64,000 nucleotides of DNA from an uncultured Gemmatimonadales bacterium (GTDB lineage Bacteria; Gemmatimonadota; Gemmatimonadetes; Gemmatimonadales; Gemmatimonadaceae): NCBI GenBank assembly GCA_963701965.1, contig OY969695.1, positions 2,176,001 through 2,240,000 of the forward strand. Direction: 5' to 3'. This document shows positions 10,082 through 19,917 of this stretch, one piece after another. Position numbers and translations under genes: made by a program. Below the pieces are notes generated by a model. It was given only the letters and a program-made list of their open reading frames with translations, was not told the origin of the DNA and searched no databases. The number at the start of each line of letters is the position of its first letter. Positions within the stretch are counted from its first letter, which is position 1.

Positions 10082-13000
10082 CTACAACACGCGCGGCAGC
10101 GTAAGGGTAAAACGTGATCCGTGTCCGAGCGAGCTGTGCACGGTCAGATCACCCTTCATAGCGCGCGCCAACTCGCAGCTGATCGCCAAGCCCAGCCCGA
10201 CGCCATCCGTAGCCTGACTCGTCAACTTGCGGTCGATCTGCACAAAGGGCTCGAAGATGCGTTCGATATACGCCGGGGCAATGCCGATGCCGGTGTCCCA
10301 GACCTCGATGCGCACGACATCGTCCGTGGTGGCGTAGTCAATCCCAATGCGCCCCTCGGGCGCCGTGAACTTGAGCGCGTTGGAGAGCAAGTTGAGCAGG
10401 ATCTGTCGGACCTTCTCCGGATCGGCGCGCACGACCGCCTCAGAGTCCCCCCGCTCGAACTGGAGCGCCTGCGCCCGGAGCTGCGGGGTGATGAGCTCGT
10501 GCAATTCCGCCGCCAACGCTCCCACGGGCACGTCGGACAGGTGGATGTCGAGGTGGCCCGCCTCGAGCTTGGCGAAGTTGAGGATGTCGTTGATGAGTAC
10601 GAGCAGATAGCGCGCGCTGCGCTTGATCCGACCGAAATCCACCAACTGCGCCTCGGTTACTGGCCCACGCAGCCCCTGTTCGAGCAGCTCCGTATATCCA
10701 CTGATCGCGTTGAGCGGCGTCCGCAGATCGTGGCTCATGTTGGCGAGGAAGTTGCTTTTCGTCTTATTGGCGATCTCCGCGATCTTGCGCGCTTCCTCGG
10801 CCATCGTCCGTCCCGCTTCGGCGACGTCGAGCAACTGCCGCCGCGCCTCGGAGACTTCGTCCGCCCGCTCGCCATAGCGCTTACTGGCGTCAATGTCCGC
10901 GAACACCAGCACGGCCCCGTCGACCCGGTGGTCGATCGTTTGATAGGGACGGATCGTCAGCGCCCACCAGCGCCCGTCATCGCCCCGCACTTCCTGCTCG
11001 ACCAGCGTCAGCGTCTCGATGACCTTGAGGATCTGGCGCTCCAAGTCGGGCACCGCGACGCGCATCCGGACGTCGTCGAGCGGGCGATTGACGTCGGATG
11101 CGATCACCCGCATGACCCGCTCGGTGGCCGGTGTGAACCGCCGGAGTCTGAGATCGGCGCCGACGATGACGATCGGGATCGTCGTGCTGGCCAGAATGTT
11201 GGCGAGGTCACCCGACAACGCCGCCAGATCGGTATTCCCGATCCCCAGTTGCTCGTTGAGCGTGGTCAGCTCCTCGTTCGTCGACTGCACCTCTTCCTTG
11301 GTAGTCTCCAATTCCTCGTTCGTGCTCTGCAACTCCTCGTTGCTCGACTGCAACTCTTCACTGGCCGCGCGGAGCTCTTCCACGGTCGCCTCGTGCTGCT
11401 CGACGATCCCTTGGAGATACCGCTTCATCACGGCAAGCTCCCGCGTCTCCCCACGCTGGCGGCGCTCCCGTATCGGGTCGCCTGGCGGATACGCTGCTCC
11501 ACGCCTTCGCTCCGTCGTCACGACTGGCACGACGGTAAACGTCACGACGAAACACGGAGCGCTCGCCGACGGTCGGAACGGGAACACGTCAATGGTGACT
11601 CGCCGGATCACGTCGCCGTCCACGAGCGTGATCCCTTCCTCGCGAACGGGCTTGCCGCTGTTCTGGGCGACGCTGACGGCGGCGCGGAGCGGCATGACCA
11701 GCTCTGGCCTCGCGAACTTGAGCAGCTCCAAGCTGGCCACACCTGGTACGTGCGTGAGGACACTCGCCGTGTCACCGCGGAACTGCAGGATCCGCAGGTG
11801 CTCGTCGATCACGACGCCCGGAGGCGACTGGGCGAGGAGGCACCGATCCGCCGCTTCCGCGATCTGTTCGGGCGATGGCACAGCCGACGGCGCGCGGCTG
11901 GGTTGGCCCATGCCTGCGCCCGGCTCCAGGGTCGGGAGAGTCGCCAGCGCGCGACCAATGTCGATCGGGTGCGTGGGGATCGCCCGCGGTCGATAGATCC
12001 GCTGCGCCTTGGCCAGGGGCTCGAACAACTCCGACCCCGCGTCCGCGGACTCGGCGCTTCCGAGGACGAGGATCCCGTGCTGGTCGAGCGCGTAACGGAA
12101 GATCGGGAACACACGCCGTTGCAGCGCCGGCTCCAGGTAGATGAGCACGTTCCGGCAACTGACGAGATCGAGATGGGAGAAGGGCGGATCGCGGACCACG
12201 TTCTGGCGGGAGAAGACACAAAGGTCGCGAACCGCCTTCGTGATTTGATACCCGTTCTCCCGCGCGACGAAGAAGCGCCGGAGCCGGTCCGGGGAGACAT
12301 GCTCGGCAATGGAGGCCGGATACCAGCCCGCGCGTGCTTTGACGATCGATGTTTCACGCAGGTCAGTGCCAAAGATTTGGATCGCCACATCGGCGGCCGC
12401 CTCACCCAGAAACTCGAGCAGCGCAATGGCCAGCGAATACGCTTCCTCGCCGCTGGCACACCCCGCGACCCACATGCGCACGGGGGTACCCCGGATATGC
12501 TCGTGCATCATCGCCGGGAACGCGGAGGTCTGCAGCGTCGCGAAGACCTCCGGGTCCCGGAAAAAGCGGGTCACGCCGATGAGCAGATCGTCATAGAGGA
12601 CGTCGAGTTCGGCGGGGTTGAGCCGCAGGTAGGCGAGATAGCCGCCGCGCGTGTCTTGCCGTTGGACGAGCATCCGTCGGAGGATGCGACGTTGCAGCGT
12701 GCCGCGACGATACTGCTGGAAGTTGACGCCGGTCCTCTTGTGCAGCAGCGTCAGGATCGCGCGCAGCTCCTCGTCTTCACGTACGAGCGGTGCACCACTC
12801 GACCGCGTCGCATCGTCGGGATGCTGCGCGAAGTGCGAACCCAGGCGGGTGAGCTGGTCGGCAATCTCCTCAGGCGTGAGAATGAAATCGACCGCCCCCG
12901 TGTCGACCGCGCTCTGGGGCATGCTGGGATAGAGCGCCGACGCGCCGTCTTGGGCGACCGTGATACCACCCGCCTCCTTGATCGCCTGGATCCCGCGCGT

Positions 13001-13465
13001 GCCATCCGACCCGGTCCCCGAGAGGATGACGCCGACGGCGTTGGTGCCATGCGCCTCGGCGAGCGAGCGCAGAAGCGCGTCGATGGGGAGGTGCGGCCCG
13101 CGACCCTGCGCCCGCGTGATCAGTCGGAGATGCCCGTCGGCGACCGTCATCGTGGTGTTGGGCGGGATCACGTGGGCCCGGTTCGGCTCAATGCGCATGC
13201 CGTCGACGGCCTGCACCACGGCCGTCGCCGATGCGCGGCCCAGCAACTCGGGCAGAAGACTCTTGTGCGTGGGATCGAGGTGCTGCACGAGGACGTACGC
13301 CAGGCCGGTGTTCGAAGGGATATGGTGCAACAGGCGCTGAAACGCATCCAACCCGCCCGCCGATGCGCCGATCCCGACAATGTATGGCTCCTGGCGGCGC
13401 AGGGACTCCGGCGGTTGGAATTCCGCGGCGCGTTGTGGCGCCGGGCGTGCTCTCTTCTTCGTCAT
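10082..13465 (-). CDS. CheB-CheR-PAS-histidine kinase fusion protein
   Basis: CheB GIGASAGG/VQHL/GSDG; CheR GCASGEEAYS and SCRNVLIY; EELQS heptads; HisKA SHDLRTPL; HATPase NALKFT, DTGIGI, GLGL. Confidence 0.93.
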   Translation of the reverse strand: MTKKRARPAPQRAAEFQPPESLRRQEPYIVGIGASAGGLDAFQRLLHHIPSNTGLAYVLVQHLDPTHKSLLPELLGRASATAVVQAVDGMRIEPNRAHVIPPNTTMTVADGHLRLITRAQGRGPHLPIDALLRSLAEAHGTNAVGVILSGTGSDGTRGIQAIKEAGGITVAQDGASALYPSMPQSAVDTGAVDFILTPEEIADQLTRLGSHFAQHPDDATRSSGAPLVREDEELRAILTLLHKRTGVNFQQYRRGTLQRRILRRMLVQRQDTRGGYLAYLRLNPAELDVLYDDLLIGVTRFFRDPEVFATLQTSAFPAMMHEHIRGTPVRMWVAGCASGEEAYSLAIALLEFLGEAAADVAIQIFGTDLRETSIVKARAGWYPASIAEHVSPDRLRRFFVARENGYQITKAVRDLCVFSRQNVVRDPPFSHLDLVSCRNVLIYLEPALQRRVFPIFRYALDQHGILVLGSAESADAGSELFEPLAKAQRIYRPRAIPTHPIDIGRALATLPTLEPGAGMGQPSRAPSAVPSPEQIAEAADRCLLAQSPPGVVIDEHLRILQFRGDTASVLTHVPGVASLELLKFARPELVMPLRAAVSVAQNSGKPVREEGITLVDGDVIRRVTIDVFPFRPSASAPCFVVTFTVVPVVTTERRRGAAYPPGDPIRERRQRGETRELAVMKRYLQGIVEQHEATVEELRAASEELQSSNEELQSTNEELETTKEEVQSTNEELTTLNEQLGIGNTDLAALSGDLANILASTTIPIVIVGADLRLRRFTPATERVMRVIASDVNRPLDDVRMRVAVPDLERQILKVIETLTLVEQEVRGDDGRWWALTIRPYQTIDHRVDGAVLVFADIDASKRYGERADEVSEARRQLLDVAEAGRTMAEEARKIAEIANKTKSNFLANMSHDLRTPLNAISGYTELLEQGLRGPVTEAQLVDFGRIKRSARYLLVLINDILNFAKLEAGHLDIHLSDVPVGALAAELHELITPQLRAQALQFERGDSEAVVRADPEKVRQILLNLLSNALKFTAPEGRIGIDYATTDDVVRIEVWDTGIGIAPAYIERIFEPFVQIDRKLTSQATDGVGLGLAISCELARAMKGDLTVHSSLGHGSRFTLTLPRVL

Positions 13466-13683
13466 GTGCGGTCGACGCTCGAATAAGGTACGTCGGACAG
13501 GCTCACCCCTCGCATTCTCTCGAGCCGTGCTGCGTTGAGTAGCATGGGACGCGTACCTCGAGCGGGGCCATCAGGTGATTGCGTCGAGCCGGGCCGGTGC
13601 GGCCTGGGATCCGGCACGGGGTCGATCCGGTTCGCCCGGCGGTCCGATAGTCTGGGCCGACGGGCGGTCGGGATCGATGGGCG

Positions 13684-14169
13684 TTATGTCGCGTTGGGCG
13701 GCGCGAGGTTGCCGCAAGCGACGACGGTCTGCATGTTGGCTTCCGACGCGTTCACGGCGACGAAGTACGTCCCCGACGTCGGCAGCACCATGGGCACGGT
13801 CGCGGTGGAGGTTGCTTTTCCGTATTTGTCCACGACGAGCGGCGGATACGTGGTTCCCGCACCGACCACCGTGGCGCTGCCGTCACCGCACTGCCCCTGA
13901 TACAAGTGCCAGGGGTGCGCGCCATTCGGCGCCGCGTTGGTTATCGACACGGTGACCAGGCTCGTGCTCGCTCCACTCGCCGCCAGTGAGGCAATGCCAT
14001 CCACGTCGACGGCTCCCGTCATCCCACTCGGCGTGGAGAGGGTGCCGTTCCACTGGGTACTGGACGCGGCGTTCTGGGGATTGATCTGGCCGACCTGGCG
14101 ACGGCCCGCACACGCTAGCGCCGTGGACAGCACGGCCAGCGTGACGAAACTCCGGGTGACTACTCTCAT
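13684..14169 (-). CDS. Lipoprotein with Cu/Zn-SOD-like or CHRD-like fold
   Basis: Lipobox ALAC; HPWHLYQGQC and VVACGNL resemble the HPWHVHxGxC...ACG motifs; GGAG-type RBS upstream. Confidence 0.7.
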   Translation of the reverse strand: MRVVTRSFVTLAVLSTALACAGRRQVGQINPQNAASSTQWNGTLSTPSGMTGAVDVDGIASLAASGASTSLVTVSITNAAPNGAHPWHLYQGQCGDGSATVVGAGTTYPPLVVDKYGKATSTATVPMVLPTSGTYFVAVNASEANMQTVVACGNLAPPNAT

Positions 14170-14250
14170 GAAGGAGGCCTCAAAGGCCAGAGGGTGACAC
14201 GCAGAGGACGAGAATCGTCGACCTTGCGGTCGTTCATGTGTTCGTGGTCA

Positions 14251-14279
14251 ATTATATTGTGCGTGATCGAATTTGTCAA
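14251..14279 (-). promoter_or_regulatory. Consensus sigma70 promoter for the lipoprotein gene, overlapped by an OhrR-like box
   Basis: Minus strand TTGACA (14279-14274), 17 bp, TATAAT (14256-14251); CAATT-N16-AATTT at 14249-14274. Confidence 0.85.
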
Positions 14280-14289
14280 TATCTAAGCG

Positions 14290-14317
14290 TTGACAAGGTC
14301 ATTGCGCGCTATATTAT
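14290..14317 (+). promoter_or_regulatory. sigma70 promoter of the MarR/OhrR-like gene
   Basis: TTGACA 14290-14295, 16 bp, TATTAT 14312-14317. Confidence 0.65.
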
Positions 14318-14370
14318 TTAAAGATGTCGGGCGGGTCCCATCGCCCATCCTTATCGACCGAGAGCCTTTC

Positions 14371-14871
14371 GTGACGAAGACCACCGACGACATCCCCGTC
14401 AACCTGAGCGATCGCGTGTCCTTCGACCTCTACGCCGCCGCGCGCGCGATCACGCGCGCCTACCGACCGCTCCTGGCGGAGCTCGGTCTGACCTACCCGC
14501 AGTACTTGGTCATGCTGATGCTCTGGCAACATGCCCCGCGCACGGTGAAAGAGCTGGGCGAGAGCCTGGAACTCGACTCCGGCACGCTGTCGCCTCTGCT
14601 CAAGCGGTTGGCCGCGTCCGGCCTGGTCACGCGCCAGCGCCGGGAGGACGACGAGCGCACCGTCGAGATCGCGCCCACGCTCAAAGGGCGCGGGCTATCC
14701 CGGGCGGCGGCCAGTGTACCGACCGCGCTCGCCACGGTGATGGGCCTGTCGCCCGACGAGGGCCGCAAGCTCCGGGCGTTGCTGCGGAAATTGGCGACGT
14801 CCCTCGAACTCCACCGGACGGAAGAGCCAATGTCCGTCGCGCGCGTCATCCCGCAGCTGGGCCAGGCCTGA
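14371..14871 (+). CDS. OhrR-like MarR regulator with no cysteine
   Basis: FDLYAAARAITRAYRPLLAELGLTYPQYLVML and LDSGTLSPLLKRL match OhrR; the xLCF position reads RVSF. Confidence 0.88.
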   Translation: MTKTTDDIPVNLSDRVSFDLYAAARAITRAYRPLLAELGLTYPQYLVMLMLWQHAPRTVKELGESLELDSGTLSPLLKRLAASGLVTRQRREDDERTVEIAPTLKGRGLSRAAASVPTALATVMGLSPDEGRKLRALLRKLATSLELHRTEEPMSVARVIPQLGQA

Positions 14872-14893
14872 TCGCGCCGCACGGACGCGCACT

Positions 14894-15358
14894 TCACGTC
14901 GTGTACTTGCGCACCGAATAGGCGATCGGCAAGCCGACGCCGAACCAATGCCAGACGAACTCCGGGATCTGCCGGTACCATGGCGAGTGACCGGGCGGCA
15001 AAGCGGACAACGGGACCACGACGAAGTGCATGAACGTCCACACACACGCGCCGAAGATCATGCCGGAAATCAGCGGCTGTTGCGTCAGGAACGCCCATTG
15101 GCGACTGACGACGTAAAACACCGTGGCGGCGCCGAGGGCGATCGTGAAGTGCAGCACGAAGCCCAATACGGTGGTGCCAACCGTCCCGCCGAGCTGGTGG
15201 CCGACCCCGAGCAAGCCGGCCGCGATGCCGCGCGGGATGCGGAGGGGATCCGACGGGCTGTAGACCAGCATGGCGTACGTCATGTCCAGCGCGCCGGCGG
15301 TCAGCCCTCCGACGAAAATCGCCGGAAACGGGCGCGGCCCAACCTGAGAATTTTGCAT
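14894..15358 (-). CDS. Hypothetical 4-TM membrane protein
   Basis: GGLTAGALD, IAAGLLG, LHFTIA, HWFGVGLPI; hydrophobic helices. Confidence 0.8.
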   Translation of the reverse strand: MQNSQVGPRPFPAIFVGGLTAGALDMTYAMLVYSPSDPLRIPRGIAAGLLGVGHQLGGTVGTTVLGFVLHFTIALGAATVFYVVSRQWAFLTQQPLISGMIFGACVWTFMHFVVVPLSALPPGHSPWYRQIPEFVWHWFGVGLPIAYSVRKYTT

Positions 15359-15399
15359 CGTCTACGGTACAGCGCGACCATATCCGACACAACGTACCT

Positions 15400-15517
15400 C
15401 GCGTCCAGTCCTGGGACGCGCCGTCCCATCGCCGGCCACGGCGCCCTGGCGGTCGCCGCCGTAACAAGCCGACAATACGCGAGTTAGACCCCGGCCGTAT
15501 CCGGCACGACACCTGCT
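15400..15517 (+). promoter_or_regulatory. sigma54 promoter with upstream activator-like palindrome
   Basis: CGGCACGACACCTGCT with GG 15503-15504 and GC 15515-15516 (N10); palindrome CGCGTCC-N7-GGACGCG at 15400-15420; TAAC...GAGTTA tract between them. Confidence 0.7.
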
Positions 15518-15534
15518 CGACGTGACGGACCATT

Positions 15535-16113
15535 ATGGACATTCTCCAAGACACGCGCGCCGCGGTCCGCCGTCTCATGCGGTCACCGTGGTTCACGCTC
15601 GCCGTGGTATCGACGCTCGCCATCGCGATCGGCGCGCCGGGCGTTGGCGGAGACGGATCCGAACGTTCCCATGTACGACGCGCGCCCCTTCGCCGCCGCG
15701 ATCCGCCAGTCCGTCGAACGACCGCACATCTACGCGTCGGTCGTCAGCGCCTTCGCACTCGTCGCGGTGGCGCTCGCCGTGATCGGCATCTATGGCGTGC
15801 TCGCCTACTCGGTGCGGGCGCGCCGGCGCGAGCTCGGCATCCGCATGGCGCTCGGCGCGCGGCACCGTGAAGTCGTGGGCCTCGTCGTCGGTCAGGGGCT
15901 GCGCCTTGCGGGCATCGGCCTCGGCATCGGCCTCGCCGTCGCCTGGCTCACCAGCGGGTGCTGTCGGCGCTCCTGTACGGCATCACGGCCGGAGATCCGG
16001 CGACCTATGGGCTCGTCTGTGGCGCGCTCCTGATCGTGGCCACGCTCGCGTCGTGGTTGCCGGCTCGGAGCGCGGCGTCGATCGATCCCATCATCGCAAT
16101 GCGTCCGGAGTGA
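15535..16113 (+). pseudogene. ADOP permease remnant with a large internal deletion
   Basis: First ~34 aa ([34 protein letters not shown]) joined out of frame to the terminal FtsX module ([24 protein letters not shown]...WLPARSAASIDPIIAMRPE); further shift near 15958. Confidence 0.88.
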
Positions 16114-16277
16114 GCATGCGCCCGGCGCCGGCCCCGTGGATGTCGTCGCGCGTGTCCTTGCGTAGCGCATCGACGTCGTAGGGCGAGACGAAGACGCTGA
16201 CGGCATCGACGCGGGTAGCGCGTTCGTCTGGGCGAATGTGGCCTGGCAGCCAGTCTCGTGCCAGATTTGACGTAGAC

Positions 16278-18914
16278 ATGACGGACCCCGAGGATGCCCT
16301 GCGCACGGCGTTGGCCGATCGCTACCGGATCGAGCGCGAGCTCGGGCGGGGCGGCATGGCGACCGTGTATCTCGCCCAGGACGAGCGCCATCACCGCCAG
16401 GTGGCGATCAAGGTGTTGCACCCCGAGCTCTCCGCCATCCTGGGTCCCGATCGGTTCCTCAAGGAAATCGAGCTCACCGCCAGCCTGCAGCACCCGCACA
16501 TTCTGCCGCTGTTCGATAGTGGGAGCGCCGATGGCCATCTCTACTACGTGATGCCATACGTCGCCGGCGAGTCACTCCGCGCTCTGCTAACGCGCGAGCG
16601 CCAGCTGCCGGTCGCCGACGCGATCCGGATCGCCAGCGAAGTGGCCGATGCCCTGGAGTACGCGCACCACCGCGGCGTCATCCACCGCGATATCAAGCCG
16701 GAGAACATCCTGCTGCACGGCGGTCACATCCTCGTGGCCGATTTCGGGATCGCGCTGGCGGTGGAGCAGGCGGGTGGTCAGCGGATGACGCAGACGGGCC
16801 TCTCGCTGGGCACCCCGCAGTACATGAGCCCCGAGCAGACCATGGGGGAGCGCGAGATCGGCCCCCGATCCGACATCTACTCGCTCGGCGTCGTCACGTA
16901 CGAGATGCTCATCGGCGAGCCGCCGTTCACGGGGCCGACCGCGCAGGCGACCGTGGCCAAGATGATGACGGAAGAGCCGCGGCCCTTGATATCGCAGCGA
17001 CGGACCATTCCGCCCGCGGTCGAAGACACCGTGCTCCGCGCGCTCGAGAAGCTGCCCGCCGATCGCTTCGCCAGCGCGGCGGCATTCGCGCAAGCACTGG
17101 CCGAGCCCCAGGCCGAGCACTCCCGCGCGCGCCGCTCCGCGCATCGACCATCGGCGCCGGCGTATCGGTCACCGGCAGTGCTCGGCGCCGCGGCCGCGGG
17201 GATCGCCGCGCTGGCGTTCATGCTGGGCCGCGGGCTTTCGCCCGTGCGCTCGCCGATCGCGGCTTTCGGGCGCTCCGCGCAAGTCACGTGGGAGCGCGGA
17301 CTCCAGATCACGCCGGCCCTCTCCCCCGACGGCCGGTACGTCGCCTACGCCGCTGGCACGTCGGTCAAAATGCGGATCTTCGTGCGACAGGTCACCGGCG
17401 GTCGCGCGACGATGATCACCGGCGATTCGCTCGCCGTCGAGACCAACCCGTCGTGGTCGCCCGACGGCTCGCGCATTCTCTTTCTGGCGAATGGCGGCGC
17501 CTTCAGCGCGCCTTCGTCGGGCGGCCCCGCCCGGCCCGAGCTGCAGCCCGTCGCGCGCGGCTCGATCATTTCCGCCGTGTGGGCACCCAATGGACAGACG
17601 ATCGCCTACGCGGTGCAAGACTCCGTGTACATCAGGAGCCCGGCCGGTCAGGTCCGTCCGCTCGCCAAGATCGTCGACGTGTCCCTGTGCCAATGGGCTC
17701 CCAAAGGCGATCGCATTGCCTGCGTGTCCCAGAATCCCGACTACTCGCGCGTCGGGCTCCTGTTCGGCAACCGGTCGCCCAGCCGCATCCTCGTGGCGCG
17801 GGTGAGCGACGGCGCGGTGACGGCCGCGACCGATGGCCTCTGGATCAACCAAAGCCCCGTGTGGTCTCCCGATGGGCAGTGGTTGTACTTCGTGTCGAAT
17901 CGCCTCGGACCCATGGACGTGTATGCGCAACGCGTCTCGCGCGCGGGGAGACCCGAGGGCGTGCCGGTCCGCCTGACCACGGGCCTCGGCGCGCACACGT
18001 TCTCCATCTCGGCGAACGGGACCCGCTTTGCGTACAGTGTCTACACGGCCACGGCGAATGTGTGGTCGCTGCCGTTTCCACCGAACGGCGCCACCGAGGC
18101 CGCGGCGACCCCGGTCACCAGCGGCATTCAAGTCGTCGAGGAAGTCACCGCCTCGCGCAATGGGCACTGGCTGCTGTATGACTCGAACGTCAGCGGCACG
18201 TCCCTCCTCTATCGACAGAGAATACCGGGCGGCGAACCGGAGCAGCTGACCTCGGGCCCGAGTGATGACTTCTCGCCGGAGCTCTCGCCCGACGGTCGCC
18301 AGGTCGCGTTCCACTCCTGGCGGTCGGGTTCCCGCGACGTCTACGTGCTGCCAGTTGATGGCGGCCCGGTCGAACAGGTCACGTCGTCGCCGCTTCAGGA
18401 GTCGGCGCCAAGCTGGTCGCCAGACGGTAAGGCGCTCACCTTCGTCATGTTCGGCGATCCGGGCGGCGTCTGGGTCGTCCGGCGGAACGCGGCCGGGGTC
18501 TGGGGTCATCCCGTGAAGCGCTCGTCGGTGGGGACGTCGTCGGCTTGGTCGCCGGACGGCCGCTGGATCGCATACGCCACCAGCCTGTTCGGCGGAGCGT
18601 TGCAGGTCGTTCCGCCGGATAGCGGCGCACCGCGCACGGTGTTCGACCCGGCCGCGACGGGCGGGCCGCGCGTCGAGGAACCGTTCTGGAGCAGCGACAG
18701 CCGCACGCTCTACTTCAAGAGTCACGACCCCCAGGGAAACGCGACATTCTGGTCGATCCCCCTGACCGGGGGCCAGCCGAAGCTGCTGACGCGCTTCACC
18801 GACCCGCTGCGCCCGTCGTATCGTCCGCTGTGGGGCCTTGGTCCCGACCACATGTACTTCACGATCAATGAACGACAGAGCGAGGTCTGGGTGATGGAAG
18901 CAACGCCTCGGTGA
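16278..18914 (+). CDS. Hanks-type Ser/Thr protein kinase with TM helix and TolB/PD40 beta-propeller repeats
   Basis: LGRGGMATVY, VAIKVL, HRDIKPEN, DFGIA, GTPQYMSPEQ; multiple WSPDG repeats. Confidence 0.95.
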   Translation: MTDPEDALRTALADRYRIERELGRGGMATVYLAQDERHHRQVAIKVLHPELSAILGPDRFLKEIELTASLQHPHILPLFDSGSADGHLYYVMPYVAGESLRALLTRERQLPVADAIRIASEVADALEYAHHRGVIHRDIKPENILLHGGHILVADFGIALAVEQAGGQRMTQTGLSLGTPQYMSPEQTMGEREIGPRSDIYSLGVVTYEMLIGEPPFTGPTAQATVAKMMTEEPRPLISQRRTIPPAVEDTVLRALEKLPADRFASAAAFAQALAEPQAEHSRARRSAHRPSAPAYRSPAVLGAAAAGIAALAFMLGRGLSPVRSPIAAFGRSAQVTWERGLQITPALSPDGRYVAYAAGTSVKMRIFVRQVTGGRATMITGDSLAVETNPSWSPDGSRILFLANGGAFSAPSSGGPARPELQPVARGSIISAVWAPNGQTIAYAVQDSVYIRSPAGQVRPLAKIVDVSLCQWAPKGDRIACVSQNPDYSRVGLLFGNRSPSRILVARVSDGAVTAATDGLWINQSPVWSPDGQWLYFVSNRLGPMDVYAQRVSRAGRPEGVPVRLTTGLGAHTFSISANGTRFAYSVYTATANVWSLPFPPNGATEAAATPVTSGIQVVEEVTASRNGHWLLYDSNVSGTSLLYRQRIPGGEPEQLTSGPSDDFSPELSPDGRQVAFHSWRSGSRDVYVLPVDGGPVEQVTSSPLQESAPSWSPDGKALTFVMFGDPGGVWVVRRNAAGVWGHPVKRSSVGTSSAWSPDGRWIAYATSLFGGALQVVPPDSGAPRTVFDPAATGGPRVEEPFWSSDSRTLYFKSHDPQGNATFWSIPLTGGQPKLLTRFTDPLRPSYRPLWGLGPDHMYFTINERQSEVWVMEATPR

Positions 18915-18928
18915 GGGAGCCGACGCCA

Positions 18929-19603
18929 TCACCGGGCCGCTGTTCCATCTGACCAAGTCCCGACGGGAATCAGGAGCACGGTAACGCGATCCTCGGGGCT
19001 CTTGGATGACAACATCGGAGAGCCGGGGAGATCGGCGCCCCAATTGCCCGCGCCGGTGGGCGGAACGAAGAACATGAGGTGGGGATGCCAGCGCCCGTCG
19101 CGATCGTTCAGGTATCCCTGGGCGGACATCATGTAGCACATCGCGCCGGGTTCCAGGGGCGGCAATGCTTTCGTGTCGAACGCGACTTTGAGGCGGTCGA
19201 ACATCTGCGTCTTGGAGCGTCCGGCCAACACCCACTCGGTCTTCTTGAGTGTGAGGGGCAGGTAGGTTCGGACGGCCGGCGGGTTGAAGCAAATGGGAGA
19301 CCGCAGCTTGGGATTCCAGAAATCCGGATCGTCAATACCGGCGGTCCACGAGCGCTGCACCACGCAGACGAAGCCGTTCTTGCCTTGGACCGCGGTTTCG
19401 TACCCATGCCGTCCAAGGACCAGAACCTCGGCATCGCGCGAGATGGATGCCGGGGCCGCGCTCCGCGCCAGGGCAATCTCGGCATTCCGATCGGCCATCA
19501 GGTATTGGTCGACCGGGGCCATGGCGGGATACCGTGAGGTGGCGCTCTGCGCCTGCGCTTGCCACGCCGCAGCCCACACGACCAACCCGATTGTCGGCTT
19601 CAT
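18929..19603 (-). CDS. Secreted hypothetical protein
   Basis: AGGAG RBS; signal peptide; ALARSAAP, GKNGFVC, PICFN, HPHLMFF. Confidence 0.8.
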   Translation of the reverse strand: MKPTIGLVVWAAAWQAQAQSATSRYPAMAPVDQYLMADRNAEIALARSAAPASISRDAEVLVLGRHGYETAVQGKNGFVCVVQRSWTAGIDDPDFWNPKLRSPICFNPPAVRTYLPLTLKKTEWVLAGRSKTQMFDRLKVAFDTKALPPLEPGAMCYMMSAQGYLNDRDGRWHPHLMFFVPPTGAGNWGADLPGSPMLSSKSPEDRVTVLLIPVGTWSDGTAAR

Positions 19604-19695
19604 TGATCTCTCCTGGGCAGTTCTCGCCAATAATTTCGCCGAACCACCCGAAACCGCCAGGCATGGCCGCGGTGGCGTTCCTCCTCGCCACCCCC

Positions 19696-19917
19696 TCACT
19701 CGGCGACCGCCTGAGCGTGCACATTCGCGTACTCGTACCGCGTCGATGAGTGAGCCTTGTCGTTGTCGCCAGGGTCAATGTCCGTCTCCGTCCGCAACAC
19801 GAGCCCGGAGCTCTTGGCGATCCACCCCTGCGAGTCGGATTGTACACCCTCATTCTCGTTGTGGGCCGCGTACACTACCGCCGGCGTACCTCCGACTGCC
19901 TCGTCGCGCAGCGCCCC
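19696..19917 (-). pseudogene. C-terminal remnant of a paralogue of the secreted protein at 54830-55375
   Basis: LRDEAVGGTPAVVYAAHNENEGVQSDSQGWIAKSSGLVLRTETDIDPGDNDKAHSSTRYEYANVHA aligns by eye with VREESVGGVAATVYAVHSESEDADSDGQIWIANGSGLPVKTEIGLD...HISTRYDYSNVQA. Confidence 0.8.

Noticed and set aside
10121..13486. Long antisense ORFs (1121 aa here; also 190-1599, 2280-3665, 17169-19292, 32757-34385)
   Set aside because: They are shadow frames of well-supported genes on the opposite strand in GC-rich DNA and carry no motifs.
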